Positions 38,599 through 50,682 of a stretch of DNA of 64,000 nt are shown here, one piece after another (the first letter of the stretch is position 1; each line of letters begins with the position of its first letter). The DNA is from Utricularia gibba (lineage: Eukaryota; Plantae; Magnoliophyta), in assembly GCA_002189035.1 (NCBI GenBank), contig CM007991.1, forward strand, positions 248,001 to 312,000, given 5' to 3'. The translations under genes and the position numbers were made by a program. Below the pieces are notes generated by a model. The model did not search any database. It saw only the letters and a program-made list of their open reading frames with translations, and had not been told where the DNA came from.

Positions 38599-40573
38599 AT
38601 GGCAGATGTCGCCAAGTTTGCCGGCACTTTCATCTCGGACATCTTCGGTTCTCGTTTCAGAGCGACGTCGACGAGACTAACTTTTCTCTACGCGTTCCTC
38701 TTTGTGTTCGTCGTCTTCACCTTCTTTCTTGCGTTCTTCTCTTCTTCTTTGAATGACTCTTCTTCCTCTTCTTCTCCCTGGTACACCAATCTCTTCACCC
38801 TGAGTGCGCCAAACCATGCCTCCGACTCTGGAGACTCTTACAAATCTCACTTTTCCTCCATTTTCGCCTTTTTCTTCCCCACTTCCTCTGCCGAGGATTC
38901 CGCAAACTCCACTTATACTCCTACTACTCAAGTTTTAAACCCACAGAATGTCTTGATTTCCAACGCTACTACCGTGAATAATCAAACCCAGAGTCAAGAT
39001 TTACTCCGTGGGGGAAATGAGACCTTGAATTCCACATCCCCTGTCTCTCGATTGAAAAATGAGACGATTTCCAACGACCCCACCGGTGGAAAAGCAAATA
39101 AAATTGCTGACCAGAAGAATCTTGAAAACTCGAAACCCGGTAATAGCAGCAAAGTTAGAGGAGGAGGAGAGATTCATGGAGGATTGATAAGTAGTTTGAG
39201 AAACTGTGATATGTTTGATGGAAGTTGGGTGATAGACAAATCCTACCCTTTATACAAACCCGGATCCTGCAAACTCATAGATGAGCAATTCAATTGTTTC
39301 CTCAACGGCAGGCAAGATAATGGATACTATAAACTCAAATGGCAGCCCAAGGGCTGCACTCTTCCAAGGTCTTGCCTCGTTTTTATATGTCTTCTTCTTC
39401 TTATTATTATTATTCAGACACAACATATGAATGAACGGATGATTCTGTCACCCTTGTCTTAGATTGGATGCACGGAAAATGCTGGAGATGTTGAGGGGGA
39501 AAAGATTGGTCTTTGTGGGTGATTCGTTGAATAGGAACATGTGGGAATCTCTGATTTGCATCCTGAAGACCGCTGTGCAGGATGAAAAGAAAGTATATGA
39601 AGAATTTGGAAGGCACCATTTCAGAACAGAGGCTTGGTATTCTTTTGTGTTCGAAGTAAGTTGCTGATTTCATCATCTGGTTTGGTTTCCTTTGTTCATG
39701 ATCAACGCGTGGTTGATATCTTATCAGGACTACAAATCCACAGTGGAGTTCTTCGTATCTCCCTTCTTGGTCGAAGAACGGGTGGTGACTGAAAAGAATG
39801 GAACCAAGAAGGAAACACTGAGGCTGGATGTGGTGAGTGAGTCTGCTGAGAAGTATAAAACCGCAGATATCATTGTTTTCAACACTGGCCATTGGTGGAC
39901 CCACGAGAAAACTTCATTAGGGTGAGTGCTGCTGCTACCATTTCAATGCCTTCGCGAATGCTGCAAATTGCTTATATGAATGGAAATGTGGAATAGGAAG
40001 GACTACTATCAAGAGGGGAGCCATGTCTACAAAGAGTTGAATGTGTTGGAAGCATTCAGGAAAGCTTTAACACACTGGGGAAGATGGGTGGATGCCAATA
40101 TCAATCCTATGAAATCTCTAGTGTTCTTCAGAGGCTACTCAGCCTCTCACTTCAGGTAACCAAGCAGCACCACAACGCTTGGAATTGTAATCCGATCATA
40201 TTTATGTGTGAATGTGAGATCTTGGTATGGATGCAGTGGTGGGCAATGGAACTCCGGCGGGCAATGTGACCACGAGACGGAGGCGATAAAGAACACGACG
40301 TATCTTTCTCCATATCCATCCAAAATGGTTGTTCTGGAGAGGGTTTTGAGAGGAATGAAGACCCCTGTAACCTATCTGAACATTACAAGGATGTCGGATT
40401 TTCGAAAGGATGGGCATCCGTCTATATACCGGAAGCAAAACATGTCCGAACAGGAGAGGAAATCACCTCTTAGTTTCCAGGACTGCAGCCATTGGTGCCT
40501 ACCCGGAGTTCCTGATTCATGGAACGAGATCCTTTATTCACAGCTCCTGGTGAAGCTCAAACAAAACCTGTAG
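38599..40573 (+). CDS. TBR: Trichome birefringence-like polysaccharide O-acetyltransferase (TBR/TBL1-like), 5 exons
   Basis: N-terminal TM segment, CDMFDGSWV...[35 protein letters not shown] and [20 protein letters not shown] (GDS and DxxH motifs). Confidence 0.9.
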
Positions 40574-41092
40574 AGAGACAGACACATGAACCAGAAGGAA
40601 GAATAACATGGCAACTGCATAGTACTACTTATTATATGTCCACATACTTCAAAACTACACCTTTGATCTGTCATTCCACAATACATATGTCTACACTGTG
40701 TGTGCCCGTTGAGAATACAGGGACCGCGGAGGATTTTGTAAGTTTTCGGCTGCTTTTGTTTGATAGTAAAGAATCCAATAAATGCTGTTCCATAGGTTTC
40801 TATCTCTGATGATGGACTTCAGTTGATCCCTCTAACTACAGGGGCTTTTGTATCTCCGGCCATTCCCCAGGTTCTGTCTGATGATTGACTTCAGTTGATC
40901 TCTCTGCTTTGCTCGGTGCCCGTATTTGAACAGATTTTCGAATCAAGGAGACAAAATACATTCTAATGCACGTTTTGGGGCAACAGGAAGAAAGCACATA
41001 GCGACACTACAGACACAATACATGGCGGGGTGACAGGAATGAATAGCAGACACCTGCAAGTCCTACAACGGTATAACATGCTAATGAACTAC

Positions 41093-43100
41093 TCAAATCC
41101 CTGTCTTTCGCAGCTCCGCTGCTCCGTGCGCAAAGTGGCACCGATCACCAAAAGTACAGGAGCCTTTGGCGAAGTTCTCACAGAGCTTTGTCTTGAAATT
41201 GCTACCTGGCCCAGCAGGGCCTCCAAGTGATTTCCTTGGGCCAGCAGCTGCTGCAGCGGCGCCTAAACTAACAATTAGTTCTCTCACCATGGCACTTGCT
41301 TGTTGGATCTGCTCTAACGTGCCCTCAAGTTCGATGTTCTTTAGGCTAGGATCAACCTCATGGTCTCTAACGGAGAGCTTCACCCCGGTTAACCTGCAGA
41401 TGTTCTTCGAGTTGGCTCCCCCTCTCCCAATCACAGCTCCAGCAAGGGAAGCATCTACGCTGATCTTTGCAGTGGCTGATGCACCGAAACTAGATGCAGG
41501 ACTTGGGATAGATGGTTCTGGGCGAAGTCCGAAATGCCCAGGAATTGCAGTGGCAATTCTGAGATCATTCTGAGATGATGCAATCGGTTTGCCCAACTCC
41601 CACTCCCCATGTGCAAAATGACATTTATCACCATATTTGCATCCTTCGGCCGTTTTGTACTTGTTGCAAATTTTGGATTTGACCATCGGAGGGGAAGAAA
41701 TATTTTGGACAGGAACTGGTGTTGCTGCCGGTTTGGATGAAGGAATAGGCGGCAAGTTCATCATCTGAGCAACAGCATTGTAGCCACCAGGAACATAGTG
41801 AAGAAAGTGACAGCTCTCACCGAAAGGGCATCCAGTGATGCTGCATCAAGAGGAAAATGAGTTACACATGTGAATTATGTAAAGCTATCTCTACAGCGGT
41901 AAATGCTAGAAATTGACCGACTACAGGGTTATTACTGCCTAAAACATTTCCCAACAACCTAGAAGAGAACTTCCAGCTTCATGTATGACAGACCAGGATC
42001 AATGAGAGGGCATTGCTGATGAACAAACCGCCATCTTCATGCACCCCAGGAAAATAGAACTCCAAGAATACAAACGAAAACCCCAAAACGATCTACTAAA
42101 ATCACTGACCACAACTGAAGCATATCCCCTTGTGTGAAATCAAGGCTTAACCTTATGTAAGCCAAATACCTTGCACTCATCTTCCCAAGACATCTAAAAA
42201 TAAACAATTACATCCACGATCCCAAAGCACAGTAATTGAATTCACAGTACATGGCATGCATAAAGGAAGGAGCAAAAGGAAAACGCTGAGTTGCCTTCTT
42301 CCACATAAAAAAGAATCATATATTTTTTCCAAAATTTATCTTGAAATACAACAATTAGCAGAGCTGTGAGGAACGGAAACCATTCACAGAGGCTGAAACA
42401 GCTTGTTCACATACAATGAGAGTTTTATGAGACCCACCAACACCTCTACTTCAACATTCAATTTCAAATATTAGTTTAGGTGAGTTGAGATTAGAACCTG
42501 AAAAACTTCGTACATGGCTTCGATTTGCTCCCTATACCACTTTGTAAGGAGTCCAGTTCTGTTACAAAACATTAATTTCTTACTTGAGGTTAGAATTACC
42601 TTTTTCTTGACATTAAATTTCAGCAAATATTTGACAGAATAGGTGATAGATCATGCCCAAAATCACAAGTTTTTTCTTTTTACGTTCAAGAGTCCTGCTG
42701 AAGCCAGTTCTTGCAAAAGACTTTCACATGAAATGCAATATGCAACTTCGGGTAAACCCAGAAGAATTCTTGCCAGTGGCAAGTCCTTTTCTTGTTTATT
42801 CAATAAATCTTCTGTATTTGGATTTTTGAGTCCAACTTACGCCCCAGCGATCGGTAATTTCACTACAATGAACTTCACCAACTTGCCACATACGGTGGAA
42901 ATGACTCCCAAGGATCGTTCATGAAGAAAAAACTAAATGCCGACTCACGAGACATGCAGAGAAAGATTAAGAAAAAGTAACTCACATACTAAAAACAATG
43001 CTGTAAATCCGTACTTCAGTTAAAGCAAATTGTAACCTGTTTTTGATTTCTTTAATCCACCATTGGAGAATTCAGCCAAGCTTCTCTTTCGGCTTTCCAT
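41093..43100 (-). CDS. KHZ1: CCCH zinc finger plus KH domain RNA-binding protein (KHZ1/KHZ2-like)
   Basis: Exons 43100-43037, 42558-42498 and 41840-41093. Three CCCH fingers (KPCTKFFSITGCPFGESCHF, KICNKYKTAEGCKYGDKCHFAH, KLCENFAKGSCTFGDRCHFAH) and the KH motif LAGAVIGRGG. Confidence 0.9.
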
Positions 43101-44474
43101 AGACCACAGATCCAGGATATCTAGCCAATCCGAAATGGAGCCAGATCCTTCCCGCACAGAATTGCTTCCCAGCCGAGAGGAAACCACAATTCAAACGATG
43201 GCAAACCTCTGAAGAACCCCTGACTCCACAACGTCTTAAACTAACCAAGCTCCTCAGCTAGGGTTCTTTCCGACGCCGGAGAAAGCATTCGCACAACGAC
43301 GCCAAAATAATAAAATTCGAGAAGAAATGGGCCCCAAATACGTACCAAATAATTTGCTACCGTTGATGAATTGTTGCACATGTCCATCAATTATCTAATA
43401 ATTTTATTTTTTTAAAAAACATAAAATTAAATACGTTCCTTATTTTGAAAAATCACTAAATTAATTAGCTATCTGACTCCAAAATCGTAAATTTCCATTA
43501 AGTAAAAATATATATTACAAATCTTAAGTACAAACATATTACGAAGTCCGATGGTCGCCCAACCAACAATTTAACACAAACTAAAAATTGAAATTTCCAC
43601 ATCATCGCTCACCTTTTCTGCATAATGAAAAAGTACATTTTAACATAATGATGATTAAATTGAATTAGTGAGGTTCACCTTTTTTTTTTTTTTTTTACTC
43701 CATTTTAACACTATCATTCTCACTTAATACCTATTGTCGCATCATTAATATGTGCTCAGATTTAGCACTCATACCAAATATAATCATATATATTCTATTT
43801 GTATAATATTATTTGTTTTGAATATTAAATTCTTATAATTATATATATTTTTTCTTTTAAAAAAAATCTCTTATGAAATTAGTAACATTACACTCTATTT
43901 AAGCATGCATTTTACATCGTTCACAATCAATGTAAGATATCACTAAAGTTTTTGGTCTTGCATTCTCCTTCACTTAAATACTCAGCATTCTCACTTAATG
44001 TCCCTTGTCATATCATAGGTTTGGTATTGATATCAAATATCAAAATCTACATTCTCTTTATATCTATGTATCCGTTTTGAACACTCAACTTGAGGTTTCA
44101 TATTTTCTCGTTTTAAAAAAACTCATATAAGATTAGAAGAGTTTATCTATTTAAGCATATTATGTTATACATACATAGATATCCTCCAAAACATGTGACC
44201 TTACATTTTTGTTTTTTGGAAACTATGTATATATATAGGTAATGGGCCTAACCCGTTTAGGTTTTATTGGCAGGCCCATGTTTTTGAAATCGTACTCTCC
44301 GTGTGGCCTCTGCAGTGACCAATCCATTTGTTCCCGGCCCCAACTCCACTTTTACTCTGATCACTCACACATCGTCCCCAATCTCACTCCACCCTCGAAG
44401 TCTGCCGCTTTCTCTTCTCAAAGGTCGTCGCCGTTTCTGTTGTCTGCCGGTTCTCGGGGTGCAGGTAAAGTAGT

Positions 44475-45382
44475 ATGAAGGCTTCAATCAAATACAGGGA
44501 CGAGCAAAAGCCGCTGCTGAGAGCTAAAATCCCGCTGAAAATTCTGGGTCTACCTTTCCAATCCGCGGTTTGCGCCGGGGATTTCAAGGACTGGTCAGTA
44601 AGCCTCGGCACGTTTTTCGACTCCGGCCCTGCACTCAAATTCACCAACCGCCCGAATGACCCGAAGAGCCCTTTCAGCTTCGTCTTCAAGACGGGTATTG
44701 GGCATTTCGGGTCACCCATCGACAGCCCACTGACGATGAGTGCTGAATTCAACCTAATTGGCGATTGGAACCCCACTTTCTTCGTCCATTTCCGTCCGGA
44801 GGTCGGTAATTTCTCACTGAAGAAGTCTCTGTCTTCTTATTTCCCCCCTCGAATTCGAATGGGCGCGTGGAGGGCGGTGACCAGGCCCTGCCTAATGGGT
44901 ATTTCAACGGGAACGGCTTCGTTCCGCCTCCGGTGGACTACAAGGCAGCAGCGAGGCTGTTGTTTGACAGAATTGTCAGGGGGACGGAGTTATCCGCCAG
45001 GACGGCCGTGCCGCTCCTCGATTTGGCGGTGTTAAACTTCCGTTGGGGGCTCAGGGTTCCGCTGCAGAACGAATTGGACGCGGTGGTGGTGAGGAGCAAG
45101 AGAGATCTGAGGCTTCCACTGCTTGTAATGAACAAGATAGGAATTGAGCAAGCTAAGGTGAAGCCGGAGGTAGTACCTCCACCTGAAACGAAACATGACA
45201 AAGTAATGGAGGCGTATTTGGATCTCAGGAAACAACTTGAGACCGTTCAAGCGGAGCACGGGCTTCTGAACAAAGCCTTGAACGATTTGAAGTTGGATAT
45301 AGCTGCAGGGAAGCTGAATTTCATGGCTGATAAACACTCCCCTGACCGCCGTCCCGGGTATGAGAAAGAAACATCCACCTGA
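44475..45382 (+). CDS. OEP40: OEP40-like chloroplast outer-envelope beta-barrel protein, intronless; apparent frameshift in the C-run at about 44845
   Basis: MKASIKYRDEQKPLLRAKIPLKILGLPFQS...FKTGIGHFGSP...MSAEFNL, then ELSARTAVPL...NFRWGLRVP and LPLLVMNKIGIE. Family assignment is from recalled similarity to At3g57990. Confidence 0.75.
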
Positions 45383-46065
45383 AACGTCTGCTAGTATTTC
45401 CGCCGGAGCCGATCATAGGATGAAGTCGTTGAGTTTAAGGTAAGCATGCTTCTTTTCTGCTGCTATAACTATACGAAGAATATCAAGAGTGAAGAAGACC
45501 TGCAATCTCCTATGCCTATACCTATGTGAGCATCCAGGTTCGAAACGAGTCGGGCCTTCTTCTCCTTTCGGGTACCCATCCAGTTCAATTCAAATGTCGT
45601 GAAACGGGTCGGAGAGAGTTGCATGACTCTAGGTTTAAAATTTATTGTCGATATTTATTATCTCTCAAATAAAGTATTTTTTCTCCTTTTTTTTTGTAAA
45701 ATAGTGATTTTAAATCCCAAAACAATTTTAACGAAAAATAAAATAAAGAATAAGGAAATTAGGTGTAGAACGATGACGGGTCGGGCCGACCCGGAGGGCT
45801 TTGAATCTTCTTCTCTTTTTGTTTGGAAGGGTAAGTTTGAATAGAAATCCGGAAGAGATCTGCAGGCTCCGATGGATCACGTTGATTGAGGGTGAAAACT
45901 GGGGATATAAAAGAGGGACCGGGCTTTTTAATTTTTGAGAAGATGCTTTGATGAGCATTTTCCGAACGTTTCCTGCCAAAGCAGCAGGCGAACCCTAGAC
46001 ACCCCTCCCGCATACACAGAATTCAAATCACACACTTCTGTGGGAATCCTTCGTTCCTCTTCCGC

Positions 46066-48537
46066 ATGACGAAGCCCGAACCGGAGGACCCCTCTCCCTC
46101 AGCCTCCTGGGGTACAGGGGACGAGCTTCTCCTCGCCTTCGCCGTCAACCGCCACGGCACTTCCGCTTGGGACTGCATCGCAGCCGAACTCCAGAAACGG
46201 ACATCGCACGCTGGACTTTGCCTCACCGCGCAAAACTGTAGGCTTAAGTATCTCGACCTTAGACGCCGTTACGTCTCTACGGATGAGCAACAGCGAGGTT
46301 TAGACGACGGCGGTAAATCCGATGCGTTGTTGGAGGAGCTGAGGAAATTGCGTGTGGCGGAACTGCGGCGGGAGGTGCAGCGTTACGATCTCAACATCGA
46401 GTACTCTTTTTTTGTCTTTTTTTTTTTGCGTTTTCAATATAATCCTGTTTTCCGAGATCTGTACTGAGGCCTGGAGTTTAGAATTGAAATTCGCCTTCCT
46501 CTGATCTGGTTGGAATCCTTCAGGTCCTTGGAATTGAAAATTAAAGGGATGGAAGAGGAGCGAGATAAAAGCTTGACAAAAGAAGACGCAAAACCTTCGG
46601 ATCTAGAAAAGGAAGCTGCCCAGGAAAGGGCACTGGAACCGCCGTCCGCCGAACCGGTCGCGGTCGCGGAATTGGAGGAGTTGTCGGTGAACGAATCGAA
46701 CTCCACAGATCCCTTGGCGGATAAATCGAGAATCGGTGAGAAAGAATCAGAGCCGGGCCGAGCCGGGGGCAACGACGTGAGCCACGATCGAACCGGAAGG
46801 CAAGGGACGAGCCGGTTCGGCCAGATTCCGCCGAAGCGGAACCACGGAAATCGGTTCGGGAGGACTCCTGCAACGGGAGTTCCAATAGTATAGGAAACAA
46901 CCAGACGAAAGACGGACCGGTGAGCGGTTCGGCCGCCGCCGTTGAGTCCCATGGTGAATCCGGAAACAGCGGCGGAGATGAGGCGGCGACGAAGGAAAAC
47001 TCCGACGTCCAGAGTTCGGCTAGTAAATCGAGAAAGGCCATGGGAAATGATAGGGTGATACGCGAGAGCACCAGTGGCGATGAACGTGAACACGAGGACC
47101 AATCTCGTGCCGGTAAAGATTTCTCCGCTCAATCGCAACCGTTGATGGACTTTCTCCTTGGTATCCGCTCGCGCAGGCTCGGCTCCTTTTTCGAGCGGCG
47201 GCTCATAAGCCAGGTATAGTATTCCGTTTCATTTTCCTTCGTTTCCTCCATCATCTTATTTTAATACAAATTGATAAATACTATATTCTAATTAAAATAT
47301 ATTCATTAAAAAATTCAAAAAACTATTTTTCTTAAAATGCTTTTTTTGGAATTGAATATGACGAATTAAGGTTCAACGGGTGACGTGGACATTGAAACAC
47401 TGGCAAAAGTGTGTGCGCCTTTGTGATAGTGATTTGTCAGTGGTGCAATTCCTTTGCATTGTAGTCGCTTTAACTTCTGGAATGGATGTGTGCAGGAGAG
47501 CAGCACCGTTTACAAGAAGATGATTCTGCAACACGTTGATTTGGAGACAATAGAAGCAAGGTTGAAGGAGGGGTGTTACTCCTCCTCCGTTGACAAGTTC
47601 TTCCGTGATCTCCTGTTGCTCGTCAACAACGCCCTGGTCTTCTATCCTGGCAGCTCGGTGGAGGCGAGTGCCGCCGAAGAGATTCGCGGCATGGTCTCGA
47701 AGGAGATATCGCAGAGGAATTCAAAGTCGGATTCATCAACCGGTAAACAGGTCTCTCTGCAGTCCTTATCGGCGCCCAAGAAAGAGGAGGAGGAGCCTTC
47801 CAATTCCGTCACTCTGAAACCAGAATCGCTGGTCCTTTGATTGTCTGCCGTAAGCGCAGCTCCATTATGGCCAAGGCTAGTGGTGCGGCTGCTGATAAGA
47901 AAAGAGATCAGAGGCTCTCCCTACTGGCTGAGGCGAAGGAAGAAGAGACGCCAAAGCCGGAGGAACCCAAGATCACCAAGAAAAGAAGGCGGGAGAGATT
48001 CTCCTCCGTGAATTCCAAAAAGAACGGCAAGAATCAGGCCGCCGCGAACAGCAAGAACTCATCTTTGGATTCAGGGAAGCAACACGATAAGGGAGGGTCA
48101 TCTTCCCTCCATGAAGAGGAGAACAAGTCGAGTCAACCCCAAGCTGTTGAATCCAAGAAGCGGGGTGCAGCCATGTTCTTGAACAGGATGAACCAGAGCT
48201 CGTCTCCAACGAACAACGGAGTGTTGCTAGATGCTCTCAAGAACACACCGTTGACAAGCGATAGCACCGGAAGTAAAGCAGGAGTATCAGAACCAAAGAA
48301 AAACAAGAATACCAAGCAGCGAGGTGCTGAAAAGAAAGAGGCAAGCACAAGGAGGAACTCAGAAGCGAGGCAAGTCAAAGAAAAAGCTACTAGCCCCGTG
48401 AAGAGGAGCGTGGGGAGGCCCCAAAGAGAGGAGTTGCTCCGCCGCCTCCATCGCTTGGGAAACGGGGCCGAGAGAGAGCCGAGACAGAGTCCGCATCATC
48501 TTCGAAACAACCCAAGAAGAGATCACGGAAGCTTTAG
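46066..48537 (+). CDS. Myb/SANT-like plus bromodomain protein; apparent frameshifts at about 46767, 47830 and 48420
   Basis: WGTGDELLLAFAVNRHGTSAWDCIAAELQKR, LEELRKLRVAELRREVQRYDLNI, QHVDLETIEARL...FFRDLLLLVNNALVFY, MIVCRKRSS and KRSVGRP. Confidence 0.88.
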
Positions 48538-48657
48538 GGTTAAAAAGCACAGACACAGCATTCCTATGTTGTTCTGCCTCGCAGGGGGTGATCTTTTGAT
48601 TAGTTGCGCGGAGTGTGTGTTTCGTTTCATCTGATGGAATAGAAGCTGGCCGTCGCA

Positions 48658-48676
48658 GGGCTGGGCTGGGCTGGGG
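48658..48676 (+). other. Canonical G-quadruplex-forming motif GGGCTGGGCTGGGCTGGGG
   Basis: Four G tracts of at least 3 nt with 2-nt loops, about 120 nt after the bromodomain gene stop. Confidence 0.6.
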
Positions 48677-50682
48677 CTGCACCAGGCAAGTTTGAGTCCC
48701 GGCACGAACCTCCACTGCATACTGCAATGGTTTCCAAACCGGCGATTCAAGGATCAATCCCCAGTTCACTCATCCATCCTTCACAAGCATTTTCACTTTA
48801 TTGAAATGTGGAATCCCACAACCATTTTTTTATTTAATGAGAATAGTGAGGCCTTCTGCACGAATAAAAAATCCAGATCCATCTGATCTCAAGGATGCCC
48901 CCGGGCGTGCAATTGGAAACGACTACGTCCACAAACTACTAAAATTCTGGAACTGTGTGTTTAGGTTTGTGTCCAAGCCATGTACATTAAATGTTAATTT
49001 CTAGGTAACTTTGTAGAGGTGTTAATTAAAAATTTAGAGGCACATATAGATAGTTTTTAGTAATAATATTCCATATTTATTACAGACGGAGATAAAACGT
49101 GTTTAAATAGATGGATACTGTTAATCTTGTTTAAGATTTTTTTCTCCGAAAGAGGAGAACGCAAAATCGTCGTAAGTATTAGATGATTGAATTATCTTAT
49201 GAGATCAGTGTGGGCTAACCAGAATCCCAGATCCAAAGGGCCTCGGGCTTAGTATATGGGTCGGATAGATCGACCGCTATTTATGGGCCATTGGCCCGGT
49301 CAGTGAGTTTTTCCGAGCGCGCCTGTCCACATGGAAAAATAAAATTGAAATCAACAAAATTAAAGTATATTTATCGGATTCTATTCTAATAAAATAGAGT
49401 GAATAGGTTTCTAAATTTTTTAAAATAAAAAATTATTTATATTTGACTAAAAAATTAATTTTAAAATATTTTTCTAAAAAAATTGATATTGCACATTTTA
49501 TCGCGCCGGGTTCCTTTTACGAAATAATCCACCCAATTGTGAATTTGGATTTCACACGGAATTCAAATTCTTGTCCATCCGGGACACCAAGAATTAATTA
49601 TGGGGACAAAGTGATTAATCGCATCAAATGATGATTAATTAGGGGAATTAGCCTTGGGATCATGCGGTACTTGGGAGATAAACCACACAATGAGTAGTAG
49701 GAAAGTATTAGCGTTGACTTTTGGTAAAGAGTTGACCTTCCGTGATGCCGTTCGTTAAGTTCAAAGCGAACTAATAATAATTTATTATGTGTGTTTCCCG
49801 ACAAACTATTAATACATAAATAATATCATTCACACACACGCGGTACGGCTGTATTTTATTACTTGACTGTGAAACCTTAGGTTCTAATGATAAAATTGAA
49901 GTTGCATCTCTGTAATTTTATAAATTATTTTAAATTTATATTCTTTCTGAAACATAATTTTAATTTTTTTTTAAAAAACTTCACTGATAAAAGAAATATA
50001 TGTATTTTGGGCAATTAATTAGAATTTGATCCAATTCAAGATCTAAATTGGTGATGCTCATGGGTGAGGATGAGTTTATGTAGTCGATTAGTTATAGTAA
50101 GTTTTGGATTGGATTTCTGTTGCTTATAAAAGTAATTGCGTTGATTTTTTTTTTTTTGATGAATTTTACTATAGAAAAAACCATCATGTTAAGCGTTAGA
50201 GTTCAAATATGATGACCTATAATTTACTTGTACAATATTGTTCATTTGGATATTCAATTTTACCATTTTATATTTTTTTATTATAAAAGAATATCTTATA
50301 TAAAATTAGAAAGATTTATCTATTTAAACAAGTCACCCTCTTTAGTTTATAATCAACGTGAGATTCATAAACTAAGGTTATGTAGTTTTTTTTAAAAAAA
50401 TAATAAACGTCTTTTTTAATTTTTTTATATTGAAAGTAATAATTTTAAACAAAATTTAAATATGATGTGGGGAACGGTGAATGGAGGTATTTTTTGTATT
50501 TAAAATTCTTAAAAGATAAATCCAGTGGGATATCGATAGCTAACTTGGAGTTGTGTTTGGGTGCAGGTGGTTCTGTTGAAGATGAAACAAGACAGCCTCC
50601 TTTTTTTCGTCTTTGTCTCTTCCTCCTTTTGCATTCATTTCTCCATAACCGCTTCTTCTTATTCTTTTCTTCTTGTTGTGTA

